From assembly GCA_951406725.2 (NCBI GenBank), contig OX597831.1:35402001-35466000 (forward strand): a stretch of 64,000 nt of DNA, read 5' to 3'. Origin of the DNA: Octopus vulgaris (Eukaryota). Both the position numbers and the translations under genes were made by a program. Positions 13,165-26,091 of this stretch are shown here, piece after piece; within the stretch, counting starts at the first letter, position 1; the number at the start of each line of letters is the position of its first letter. Below the pieces are notes generated by a model that worked only from the letters and a program-made list of their open reading frames with translations, was not told the DNA's origin and ran no database searches.

Positions 13165-14050
13165 GAAGAAGAAGAAGAAGAAGAAGAAGAACAACAACAA
13201 CAACAACATCGAAAAATACCTTAGGAATGAGAACCCAGGTTTGAAATTTTCCCAAGACACCTGATGTAATGTTTATTTATCCATATTGTTTTCAATTTGT
13301 CATGCATTATCTTGTAGCTTTGAGATTTCAGTGATGTCATTGTTTATTTCACAACCATCGGAGCATGAAGTGCTCCTCATAAACGCCAGTTCATGAGATG
13401 GTTGTAATGTATAAACAATTTTGAGTAGGAACCACAAAGCGATGTATGAAGACGCATCGTGCATGTGCATATTGGATTTGTAAAAATGGAAGAGAAGAAT
13501 AAAAATGAAATGTGCATGTCAAAATATAATAGAAGAGAAGAATCTTTACAACTCTAGGTACAGGGCCAGAAATTTTTGGTGGAGGGTACCAGTCGATTAA
13601 ATCGCACCCCCCAGTTTGCAACTGGTTCTTAATTTATTGACGCTGAATGGATGAAAGGCAAAGTTCACCTTGGCAGAATTTAAACTCAGAATGTAAAGAC
13701 AGATGAAATACCACTAAGCATTTTGCCCGGCATGCTAACATTAAAATGGAAGAGAAGAATAAAGATGGAATGTGAATGTCTAACAAATTATATGGTGGTC
13801 TGTATGCCATGTCTGACATCACTATCATGCAGCTTTGTTGCAATTTTCTTGTTTTTAGAATGACATTGTAGGGTAGGTATGAGAAGCTGGATCTAGCCAG
13901 TTTGATCATAAATTAGAGAGAATTTTTTTGTTGGATATGGCTGGTTGAAATGCTATAGGGTTAAACTTATATCTTTACTATTCAAATCCTTATAAAATAT
14001 TTTAACATATTTTATGCTTTATGTATCTTTTTTGTGTTTTTCTTTTTCAG

Positions 14051-14241
14051 AGATTTTCCGGAAGACTGGTCAGGAGAGTAAAACAGTGTTAGCTGCTCCT
14101 GTTGATATTCACTTTCAGATAGTCTGCTTGGAAAAAAAATGTTCAAAACGTCTCAGTCTCATGAACGTTACCCCAAAACTCATTGGCATTCAAGTTTTAC
14201 CTCCACAAACAAAGTACTTCAAAATACACTATGAGAAGACT
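14051..14241 (+). CDS. CFAP221: Internal coding exon of cilia- and flagella-associated protein 221 (PCDP1)
   Basis: Polypyrimidine ttttcag acceptor and GTAAGT donor. Starts in phase 1, ends in phase 0. Encodes IFRKTGQESKTVLAAPVDIHFQ...LMNVTPKLIGIQVLPPQTKYFKIHYEKT, matching the CFAP221 motif 'ILPPQTKYF.I.Y' as I recall it. Confidence 0.88.
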
Positions 14242-14994
14242 GTAAGTATGATGCAAATTTGCTTTATAAAACTGCTTTTTAATTATCATAATCCTGAAAA
14301 TTGAATCCCTTTTCTTTATGTGCTGATGCCATGTAAAAAGCATCCAGTTTTACACTGTAAAGTGGTTGGCATTTGGAAGGGCATCCAGCTGTAAAGACCA
14401 ATGCCAAAACTGACCTCACTTATGTTTGTTCCATGTAAAACGCACTCAGTCCGCTCTGCTGGGTGGTTGGTGTTAGGAAGGGTATCCAGCCATAAAAACC
14501 CTGCCAAAACAAACACAGAAGTCTGGTGCAGTCTCCTGCTTGGTCGGACCATCCAACCCATGCTAGCATGGAAGGTGGATGTTAAACGGGGTAATTATGA
14601 TGATACGTCTGTGTTCTTAAATCAACTGATTTCATAATCTTGGATTTCATTATTTCCTCCATCTTTTAACAGCTGACAATTTTACATGCTGCCATGGGTT
14701 GGATAGGTTTACAGCACACCATTTCTCTGTGCCTCTTTTTTTCTTAGCGTGAAGGCATGTTATCTCGTGGTTTGGATAATGGGCCGCATGATCATAAGTG
14801 CAGGCATGGCACTTATGATTGACAAGCTCGTTTTAGAACCATTTCATTTTGTGTTCAGTCCCATTGTGCAGCATCTTGTGTATGTGTCTTTTACTATAGC
14901 ATCAGGCTGGCCAATGCCTTGGTAGACAGAAACTGTGTGGAAGCCTGTCACATATACATGTCTGTGCATGTGTCTTTGTGTTTGATATTCTTTT

Positions 14995-15580
14995 CAACTC
15001 TAGGCACAAGGCCTGAAATTTCTGGGTAGAGGACCAGTTGATTAGATAGACCACAGTATGCAACTGGTACTTAATTTATCGACCCCGAAAGGATGAAAGG
15101 CAAAGTTGACCTCGGCAGAATTTGAACTCAGAACATAAAGACAGATGAAACACCTATTCCTATTTCTTTAGTACCCACAAGTGGCTAAACACAGAGAGGA
15201 CAAACAAGGACAGACAAACGGATTAAGTCGATTATATCGACCCCAGTGCGTAACTGGTACTTATTTAATCAAACCTGAAAGGATGAAAGGCAAAGTTGAC
15301 CTCGGCAGAATTTGAACTCAGAACACAAAGACAGTTGAAATACCTATTCCTATTTGTTTAGTACCCACAAGCAGCTAAACACAGAGAGGACAAACAAGGA
15401 CAGACAAACGGATTAAGTCGATTATATCGACCCCAGTGCGTAACTGGTACTTATTTAATCAAACCTGAAAGGATGAAGGGCAAAGTCGACCTCGGCAGAA
15501 TTTGAACTCAGAACATAGTGGCAGACGAAATACCGCTAAGCATTTTGTATGGCGTGCTAACATTTCTGCCAGCTCGTTGC
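14995..15580 (-). mobile_element. Tandem/nested SINE S2 array (three units)
   Basis: Repeated aaaggatgaaaggcaaagttgacctcggcagaatttgaactcagaac units, with the head at ~15578. Further S2 clusters at 36205-36410, 59780-60225 and 61960-62870. Confidence 0.85.
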
Positions 15581-15886
15581 CTTTCTTTGTGCTTGATATT
15601 GCCGACCCATCTGAAGAAAAATAATTTTCTGGTGAATGTTGTGTGTTTGTGTTTGCGTGTCTGTCTGTCTGTGCATGTATATCCACACACACACACATAC
15701 AAACACATGTGTGTCTGTGTGTTTCTATTTGATATTGATAATCCATCGGAAGAAAACTAATCTGGTGAACATGTGTTTATATGTGTGTGTGTGTGTCTTT
15801 CTGTTTGATATTGATTATCCATCTGAAGAAAACTAATGTGTATGTGCTTATCTGTGTGTGTTTGTGTGTGTGCATGTATATCTACA

Positions 15887-15920
<34 letters not shown>

Positions 15921-16780
15921 TATATCCACATGTGTGTGTGTGTCTTTCTGTTTGATATTGATAATCCATCTGAAGAAAACTAATTTTCTGGTGAATATGT
16001 ATGCTTTTATATGCATGTATGCGTGTTTGTGTATGAGTATGTGTGTCAGTATATGTGTGTGCATGTCCACACACACGCGTCTGTGTGTGTGTGTCTGTGT
16101 ATGTGTGTTAGGTCTTTCAAACAATTCAAACCTTAGAATGCCCCGCCACTGCTTATCAACCAGTGTTGGTTTGTTTATATTCACATCACTCAGCAGTTTA
16201 GTAAAAGCGACTGTTAAAATGATTGACCAGATCATCAAAATAAGTACGGGGATTAATTTATTGAACTAAACCCTTCAAAGCTGTATCCCAGCATGACCAC
16301 AATCCAACTACTAATGCTCATAAGGAGATGGGTGGAACATTGTATCCTTAAGCAAGATATTTCATTTTATGTTGCTCCAATCTGTTCAGCTGAAAATGAG
16401 TACCAGCTGCCACATGCTGGATATTCCTCTGGTTCCAAGGTCGGAGAACCCAGGAAGGAGTCTGTGTCTGATCACAACTACATGGGCATCTAATAAAATT
16501 TGCGAAAGCATGGTACAAGTGACCAAGCTATCATACTTGTTTGCAAGTGATGGCTATACTCTTTTACTCTTTTACTTGTTTCAGTCATTTGACTGCGGCC
16601 ATGCTGGAGCACTGCCTTTAGTCGAACAAATCGACCCCGGGACTTATTCTTTGTAAGCTCAGTATTTATTCTATCGGTCTCTTTTGCCGAACTGCTAAGT
16701 GATGGGGACGTAAACACACCAGCATCAGTTGTCAAGCAATGCTAGGGGGACAAACACAAGCACACAAACACACACACACT

Positions 16781-16818
<38 letters not shown>

Positions 16819-17236
16819 TACGACAGACTTCTTTCTACCAAATCCACTCACAAGGCATTGGTCGGCCCGGGGCAATAGCAGAAGACACTTGCCCAAGATG
16901 CCACGCAGTGGGACTGAACCCGGAACCATGTGGTTGGTTAGCAAGCTACTTACCACACAGCCACTCCTGCGCCTATCTTATTTTTTCCTTTTTTTTCTTT
17001 TTCCTGGCCACGTAAAAAGCAGCCCTGTTGGTGCCCTGGAAAAAGCACCCAGTTCACTCTGTAAAGTGGTTGGCATTACAAAGGAAGTCCAGCCATAGAA
17101 ACCTTGCCAAAGCAGACAACTGAAGCTTGGCATGGCTCCTCAGTTTGTCAGCTCCTGTCGAACTGTCCGACCCATGCCAGCATTGAAAACAGACATTAAA
17201 TGATGATGGTGATGATTATGATGGTTGTGATGATGG

Positions 17237-17276
<40 letters not shown>

Positions 17277-17665
17277 AACGATGACGATGACGATGATGAT
17301 GATGATGACCACGATGGCATTAGATCGTTTTTGTTGCCCAAATATTTTGAAGTCTTCCTTTTAATATATTTTTTTCAAAATTAAGAGAGAAATACTTGTC
17401 TAAGTTTTCCTAAATTTGTAATCCACCATCAGTTTATTGCAAGTTCTTACTCATCATACATTACCATCGTCTTCACCATCTGGTTTTCCATGTTTGCATG
17501 GGTCGGATAGAATTTGTTGAAGGTGATTTTCTCTGGCTGGATGCCCTACCTGTCACCAACCTTCACCTTCTTTCCACAGCAAGGTAATATTCATTCATGG
17601 CCAGACATGTATATTACAAAGGAGTAACATGCAACCATCACAGTAAGTCAAGGCATGAGTGCACA

Positions 17666-17703
<38 letters not shown>

Positions 17704-18531
17704 ATACACATGCACACACATGCACACACACACATACATGTACTCATATATATGATGAGCTTCTTTCAGTTACCATCTACCTAATCCACTCACAATGCTT
17801 TGGTTGGTCTCGGACGATCACAGAAAACACTTGGCCAGGGTGCCACTCAGTGGGATTGAACCTGCAAACACCTGGTTGAGAATCAAGCTTCTTAACCACA
17901 CAACCACATCTGTTCCTATCATCCATTAATTTCATATTTACCAACAATGCAACATTTTATTCCATTGCAAGCGTTCAGATTAGGTCTCTGGTTTGAGGAT
18001 ATCTTCCTTCCTCTTCATCATCAGTCTTGGTCACCCTCTGAAGCAGCACAGGCACTGCTTTCTTTTGGGATTAAAAGATAGAGCTGAAGAAAAAGGTTCT
18101 TATTACTGACTGTCACCAACTTAACAGATTCCAGTGATTTATCCTCAGTTACTCTTTGAAATATAAGCACATCTACACACATTCTAAGGTTTGAATTCTT
18201 CAAAACACGTTAACACACACACGTACACATGTACACGTGTGGGCATATACGCACAAACACAGTGATGTTACGCAGCAGCATACGCATTGAGTAGAAAATT
18301 AGTTTTCTTCGGATGGATTATCAATATAGTTTCTGGAGAAGACAACCACAAATCATACTTATTCTTCCTCTCATCACAGACTGACGGAAGAATTACATTA
18401 CTAGAAGATCTATTTACTGACATATTACACTTGACACACACACACACACACGTAGACACACACACACATACACACACACACACAGACACACATACATGTT
18501 TATATCTACTTATGTATGTATACATATATTT

Positions 18532-18569
<38 letters not shown>

Positions 18570-19186
18570 TATATGTATATATATATGCATATATATATAT
18601 ATATATATACGCATATATATATATATATACATATATATGTATATATATATATGTGTATATATATATATATACATATATATACACTCACATATATGTATAT
18701 GTATACTTATATGTGTGTATGTGTGTGTTTGTATATATATAAATATATATATGTATGTATGTATAGTTTATTATTATTTTTTATTCTTGTTATTTCTTTG
18801 CTTATTATTAAGCGCAGGAAATGATAGTGTTATGATTTATCAATAGCCATCGTACGGTATCGGCCGCGGCAAGAAATAGATTTATCGTCTGGCAATAATA
18901 AGTTATTTGTTAGAATGAAACTATTTCAATCAATATAAAATAATGATGAAATTGGTGAAAATAAATGTATTATATCGAAGTGAAAAGAGAGGTGGGGGAA
19001 AAAAAAAGACTATTTAAATATCGTAAGAAACAAAAAAAAAACCCAAAAAATAATAATGATGGTAACAATAATAATAATAATCATGTTGATATTAACAATA
19101 ACAACAATAACAACAACAACAACAATAATAATGATAATGATACTAATAATAATAAAATAATAATGATGATGATAGTAATAATAATA

Positions 19187-19225
<39 letters not shown>

Positions 19226-19276
19226 TTAATGTTTTAATGTTAGCAATAATAATTCTAATAATAACAGTAAGACTAA

Positions 19277-19323
<47 letters not shown>

Positions 19324-20619
19324 TAATGATAATAATAATAAAATGATAATAATGATAATAATAATATTATTAATGTTAGCAATAATAATTGTGAAAATAA
19401 TAATAATTCTAATAATAACAGTAATTCTAAGAGTAATAATCATAATAGTATTAGTAGTAGTTGTAGTAGTAGCAGTAGTAATGATCATAGTAATAATAAT
19501 GGCCATAAATGGGGGAAAAAAAAATCTATTTTATTGTATATTGGTGGAAGGAAATTGTTTGATATAAACAGCAATTAAAAGTGACTTTTACCTAGAATGT
19601 CATCTTGTAAATGGTTACTCCAAAAGACTTCTACAGCAAAGAACTGAACAGAAGATATTACTTTCGTTTTGTCTCCTGTGTTGATTTGCTTTATGGTTGT
19701 TCTATTCTCTCTTTTTTCTCCTTTTAGATCCTGCCCCTCCCCCCTCCTCTCTCACTTCTTTCTCCTTTTCTTTATTTCTTTGTTTTCTTTGTCTTCTTGT
19801 TTTTGTAATTTCATTTATTCATTCTTTCTTTCTTTCTTTCTTTTCTCTTACCTACATACACACACTCATGGAAATAATTATATATTACACACACATACAC
19901 ACATGCACACACACAAATACACACACACACACAAACACACAAACTTGTATTCTTGTGCTTATATATAAGTAAAGTCTACGAAAGGTGTTCCACTTGATGA
20001 ATAAATTATTCATCACTTTCTCATTCCAAAGTCTTTGGACTTTGGAATCAGCTGTTGAACAAGAGCAGAATGTATCTTCCTCAAAGAGCAGAATTCATCA
20101 ACTCTTAACCAATTCTGATCAATTTCCCTCCTAAATGCGAATGAGAAAATATTCTTTGCCATATTTACCTGAGGGATTATGACAGTTTTTTTATAGATAA
20201 TGGCGCCGGAGTGGCTGTGTGGTAAGTAGCTTGCTTACCAACCACATGGTTCCAGATTCAGTCCCACTGCGTGGCACTTTATGCAAGTCTCTTCTACTAT
20301 AGCCTCGGGCTGACCAAAACCTTGTGAGTGGATTTGGTAGACGGAAACTGAAAGAAGCCTGTCATATATATATATATATATGCATATGTTTATGTGTCTG
20401 TGTGTGTCCCCCCAATATCGTTTGACAACCGATGCTGGTGTTTTACATCCCTGTCATTTAGCGGTTCGGCAAGAGAGACTGATAGAATAAGTACTAGGCT
20501 TACAAAGAAGAAGTCCTGGAGTCAATTTGCTCGACTAAAGGCGGTGCTCCACCATGGCCGCAGTCAAATGACTGAAACAAATAAAAGAATAAAAGAATAA
20601 TGGCTGCATTGAGTGTATG

Positions 20620-21540
20620 TTGCATAAAGCTGGCATCCCAGGTGTGAAGGGCTGAACATGTGGCTTTGAACATGTGGCTTTGAACATGTGGCTTTGAACA
20701 TGTGGCTTTGATCTGGGACACCATTCCGACAGCAAAATGGGTGAAAAGCAGCCTGGCACTCATGTAGCTTGATCTGAAATATGCTTTTGGACCAGCACCA
20801 CATACACCGCTTGAATATGCCATGGAGCTATTCTGGATCTCCCCAGAAATTCACAAATTGATGATGGATGGACAATTACAACAAGTTCTGTATGTCATTT
20901 AATGCAAAAGACTATATGATTTTGCAGAAGCTTGGGGGTGGGAATTGGAGCTGGATGTACAATTCCAGTCATGGGGTTTATTCTTGGAATGAAAGCCAAG
21001 TTGTTGTATGAGGTACAATGGCCCAGAACTATGAAATGGAGATCCACTCCCCTAAGAAAGCTTTCAAGGATGATGTAGCATTGTAAATCAGAGATGAGAA
21101 GTCTTGTGCAGACTGGATGAACTGATAAACTGGGCAAGAATGCATTTTGAAAGTAATCAAAGTGTAAAACTCAATGATGGAAAACAGAAAGAAGTGATGT
21201 ATGAGATAGCATGAAAAATCATGCGCACAATAGCAGAGGTGTCTGTGAAGAGTCTGTGGAAAGTGTATTGTGGATCACTTAATGACAGAGGGAAAGAGAT
21301 CAAAATTCAGAAATGGCTGAGGATGGACTCTTAATGATTGATAAAACACTGTTAGCAGGCAGGTTGAAACTCTGATGTTTGTAATTTGCTCTGCACCGCA
21401 GATTGCAGCGGCCACTGATATCATATGGAGTTGCATTGATGTGGATTGTGACGGTTGAACAGAAATGTAACATCTATATTTGCAACTGGCTAGGCTTACC
21501 TTGGATCGTTATATGCATGGTTTTGTAAAGGAAAAATATC
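20620..21540 (+). mobile_element. Decayed Hero-like (R2 group) non-LTR RT fragment
   Basis: KAGIPGVKG...IWDTI..AK....LALM*LDLKYAFG.APH...YAMELF.I, GIGAGCTI, AFKDD, RLDELINWARMHF, VKSL..Y..SLND. Confidence 0.7.
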
Positions 21541-21891
21541 AAAATATCCTTCAAATAACATTCTACCACCTTAAAAAAAGAAAGGACACATTGGATAATG
21601 TAGGTTTTGATACATAAATATATACTGGACTGACATAGCTGGAATGCGTTTGATCATAGGCCTGATCAGTCAGGGCTGACCTGGGGCTAAACAGCAATAA
21701 CATAATTAAAAATAAGTGACAAACACCATAAAAAAAAGAATGTAAATAAAACCTCAATGCAGCAAGGTAGGTTTGTTTTATAAATGTCGGATGGATTAAG
21801 TAATGCAGTCGACCAAATTGTGGAATATTCGTTGAGTTTACAAACAAGGCCATATATTTAACTTCAAAGGTAGCTCAATGTTTGAATTATT

Positions 21892-21926
<35 letters not shown>

Positions 21927-22816
21927 AAGAGAACAAATAAAAATAAAAAAATTTCTGGTTGCCATTTCATGTGGCAATGAAAAATCTGGAAGTTAAGAGA
22001 ATTTATATTGATAAAATAAATCCAGGAGATAAAATTTTGCTGAAAGAATAACAATGTACACACATCAGATTAAAAGTAGAGAAACTACAGAAAGTAATCG
22101 CATTGTATATAGACACAGAAGTAGTAACTTGCTAGCAACCACTATTTGAAATTGGGTACTCTGTTAAAAAACCCCGAAAGGTTGCAGTTATTTCCATATA
22201 CAAAATTCCTCAGCATAACCAAAATATGTGATAAAGAAATTTAAAAAAATTGAAATGTAAATACATTTAAAAAAAAAACAAAAGGAAAGAAGAAGATGAA
22301 TCCATATTTACATAATTTGGGAAGAATAATCTGTAATAAATAAATGCAAAGAAGTTTGTTGTTAGAATGTCGAAAATCCTTTTACTAGAAAGAAGTGTTT
22401 ATGGTGCCGACAGTCGTTAATTTCGTTCGGTGTTTTCTCTTCTATTTTTTTTTTTTGTTAATATTTTTGTGAACATTATCGTGATTGATCACTTGGGTGA
22501 TTTAAAAAAACAAACACACAATAAAAAACAATAACAAGAACAAGATTAAAATAAATTGATAATCGTTGCTGATACTTGGTTAGATGTGTTTGTGAATGAA
22601 ATATTCCTCCAGAAGTACATTTTGACATTACCCTTTTACAATAGATGTGAGTGTGTGTATACACATATATTTTATATACATATATGCACATGCACATATA
22701 CGTGTATATGTGTTTATTTATATATAAATATAAATATATATATATTCCAGCTTCACAGACCCCAGTTGAACCGTCCAACCCATGCTAGCATGGAGAACGG
22801 ACGCTAAATGATGATG

Positions 22817-22872
<56 letters not shown>

Positions 22873-23059
22873 GTGTATGTATACATACACACATATATAA
22901 ATGTATATATACATATATTTATATTATATTGATATATCTATGCACATATGGGTGCAGGTGCAGCTGTGTTGAAAGGAGTTTGCTTCCTAACCACATGGTT
23001 CTGGGTTCAGTCCCACTGTGAGGCATTTTGGGTGAGTGTCTTCTACCATGTCAGTGACG

Positions 23060-23400
23060 TATTTAATTTGCTTTGCAGGAAGGACTGTTTCAACGAAGTC
23101 GCGTCTTGTCCTTACCTTCGAAACGTGGAGTAGACGAAACAGGGACTACTGAAGAAGGGGAATATTCCTTGTGTTGTATATATCTTGAACTCTGTTTTTG
23201 CGTTGTTTGAAAAAAAGTTTGTTTCCATGTTTTTGTTTTTATGTTTTCGTTTCTCATTGTGTTCAACTGGGACCAAAACACAACATCATATTACTCTGAG
23301 TGTTGATTGCACATCGTCTAACTTCATATGTTGCATCATATGCAAACTTAGCTGCACACATTGTTGCACATTTTACATTGGGGAAACACGTTGTCACCAT
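23060..23400 (+). mobile_element. Penelope-like fragment (GIY-YIG piece) with adjacent pLTR-like sequence
   Basis: ORF 23185-23496 includes CTSSNFICCIICK..C..C..FYIGET, resembling the PLE GIY-YIG 'CxSxNxIYCIxC..C...YIGET'. Confidence 0.6.
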
Positions 23401-23689
23401 CTACTTCAATACTACACCAGGGAACCACATTCTCAAAGAAATTCAGGGAACAGCTTTTCTCATATGAACTTCACACCATGTCACCAACAGGTTTAAATTA
23501 ATGCATTCCTTCTAATGCTACACCTTTTCTCAGATCATCAATGCCTCCCAGACCTGGGCCCCTAAGCCTAACTTTGGCTTCCACTTGGGCTACTGAGCAA
23601 AAATATAAATAGTTGCATATTCAGCTCATAAATATATATATATGACAAAGCATCTTATGTACTGCAAAGTGTTAATGTCAATAATCACG

Positions 23690-25136
23690 ATCATCATCAT
23701 TGTTTAATGTTCACTTGGGTTGGACAATTTGACTGAGGTCTGGCGAACCAGACGTCTGCACCAGGCTCCAATCTGATCTGGCAGAGTTTCTACAGCTGGA
23801 TGCCCTTCCTAACGCCAACCACTCTGAGAGTGTAGTGGGTGCTTTTACATGCCACTGGCACGAGGGCCAGTCAGGTGGTGCTGGCAATGGCCATGCTCAA
23901 ATGGTGCTTTTTATGTGCCACCTGCACAGGAGCCAGTCCAGCGGCAATGGCAACAACTTTACTTGAATGGTTTTTCACATGCCACCAGCACAGGTGCCAG
24001 TAAGGCGACACTGGTAACGATTACGCTCGAATAGTACATTTTACATGCCACCCACATGAAAGCCAGTTTGTTGCTCTGGCAACGATCACGTTTAGATGGT
24101 ACTCTTAGCGCTCCACTTGCATGGATGCCAGTCATTGAATTTGATTTCGATTTCGATTTCACTTGCCTTAACAGGCAGGTCTTCGCAAGCAGAGTTTATT
24201 GTCCATTGAAGGAAAGGTGCGCATAAGTGGGCTGGTTACACCCCTGGCATAGGCCACGAGGTTATGGTCTCACTTGGTTTGCTGAGTCTTCTCAAGCACA
24301 GCATATTTCCAAAGGTCTCTGTCACTAGTCATTACCTTGGTGAGGCCCAATGTTTAAAGGTCATGCTTCACCACTTCATCCAAGGTCTTCCTGAGTCTAC
24401 ATCTTCAACAGGTTCCCTCAACCTGTAGGGTGTGGCACTTTTTCACCCAGCTATCCACATCCATTCTTGCCACATGGCAATACCAGCACAGTTGTCTCTC
24501 TTGCACACCACATCTGATGCTTCTTAGATCCAACTTTTCTCTCAAGGTACTTACACTCTGTTGAGTATGCACACTGACATTACACATCCATCGGAGCATA
24601 CCGACCTCATTCCTTGCAAGCTTACACATGTCCTCAGCAGTCACAGCCCATGTTTCACTGCCATGTAGCATGCCTATTCATACACATGCATCATACAGTC
24701 TACCTTTTACTCTGAGCAAGAGGCCTTTTGTCACCAGCAGAGGCAAGATCTCTCTGAACTTTGCCCAGTATATTCCTATTCTAGCAGCTACACTTTCAGT
24801 GCACCCTCCCCAGCTACTGACTTGGTCACCTAGGTAATGGAAGCTATCAACTGCTTCTAGTTTTTCTCCTTGGAATGTGGCGGGAGTTGTTCTCTGCACA
24901 TTTTCAATGTTTATTGTTCCTGAGCATCTGCCACATACATAAACTATCTTCCCAGTTAGCCTTCCTTTGATATTGCTGCACCTCTTATGTGTCCATAGCT
25001 TACACTGGGTACATCTTATGGAGTTTCTACCTACACCATTTCTACAGATCGAGCAGGGCCAACTACCTGAAGGGATTTGTGGTTTGCCTACCTTCCTACT
25101 TATTAGGTTGACTCTAAGACCCTTCGATTCTAATCC
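23690..25136 (-). mobile_element. 5'-truncated RTE-clade LINE with 3'UTR and (GAT)n tail
   Basis: GLESKGLRVN...PCSICRNGVGRNSIRCTQCKLWTHKRCS, FHYLGD, KGRLYDACV, MLHGSETWA, MLRWMC. The 3'UTR matches the many short (GAT)n-tailed copies in the window. Confidence 0.9.
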
Positions 25137-25479
25137 TTGTGTGTGTGTGTATATGTATGTTTGTTTGTGTCTGTGTTTGTCCCCCCAACATCGCTTGACA
25201 ACCGATGCTTGTGTGATTACGTCCCCGTAACTTAGCAGTTCGGCAAAAGAGTCCAATAGAATAAGTACTAGGCTTACGAAGAATATGTCCTGTGGTCGAT
25301 TTGCTCAACTAAAGGCAGTGCTCCAGCATGGCTGCAGCCAAATGACTAAAACAAGTAAAAGAGTAAATATTTGTGTAACAGATGTTTGCAAATTGGAGTG
25401 TTGTGCAAATTTAGAAGATACTAGTTGAATAATTGAGGATGGAGGAAGTTCATTTAAAATGTACAGAGGATGTTGAGTA

Positions 25480-26060
25480 TTCATTCAGCTATGGACAGTT
25501 TGATATGGGAGGTATTTTCTGCTAACTGAGCAAATACTTATCAAAGTGAAGACATCTTGTGAAGAAAACCACTGTGGTTTTTGAAATAGTTTGCAAATTT
25601 CCAATTTCATTGAGATATGTATTTTTTCTGTTTTACAAAACTGACACTTCTTGGCTCCATTGGCATATGGTCAACTTCTTTCTAGAATTTTCCATTTGAT
25701 ACTGAGGTTCATATTAAGCCCCTTCATCTTCCAAATGTAATTAGCTAGTGCAGTTGTAGTTTGCTTGTGAATGTATCTGAAGAATTCAGCCTGGTTAAAA
25801 TAACACTGCTTGAGCAAGCCTTCAAACATACCTATGTTGTGTTTTTACTTAATTGATTAGTATAGTACAGTTGAAGTAATTCCAGCTTCGTACACAGTTC
25901 ACTTAATGTTGCTTGCCTGGCTTAATGGGCATGTTTTCACTACAAATATTTGTCATTCCTGCATTTAAACTGAAAACATAAATCATATTGCTTTAACTGA
26001 CAATATACTGAAATGACCTTAAATAATGAATATGCTAGGATACAATAATGCATTTCCTAT
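25480..26060 (-). mobile_element. Old Penelope-like GIY-YIG fragment interrupted by the hAT
   Basis: The minus strand gives VYEAGIT...IGMFEG.LKQCYFNQ..F......TALANYIWKMK....SIKWKILERS*PYANGAKKCQFCKTEKIHI, the C-terminal GIY-YIG pattern of some PLEs. Confidence 0.6.
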
Positions 26061-26091
26061 GACATGACATACCAGACAGAACTCTCTACAC

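Larger units (their letters stand above)
11285..13266 (+). mobile_element. Decayed Penelope-like element: RT C-terminus plus GIY-YIG endonuclease, flanked by family C repeats
   Basis: ORF 11775-12308 has LPYVKGFSEKI..I...YDIRTVFKSN.TL and YSISCSCGRLYKGET...KIRVEEH (GIY-YIG). An inverted family C repeat lies at 11285-11590. A direct tRNA-like head lies at 12455-12526, with its tail at 13205-13266. Confidence 0.85.

Noticed and set aside
20652-20711. Four 15-bp direct repeats (tgaacatgtggcttt) as a CRISPR-like array
   Set aside because: No spacers. It is a simple tandem duplication inside a LINE relic in eukaryotic DNA.
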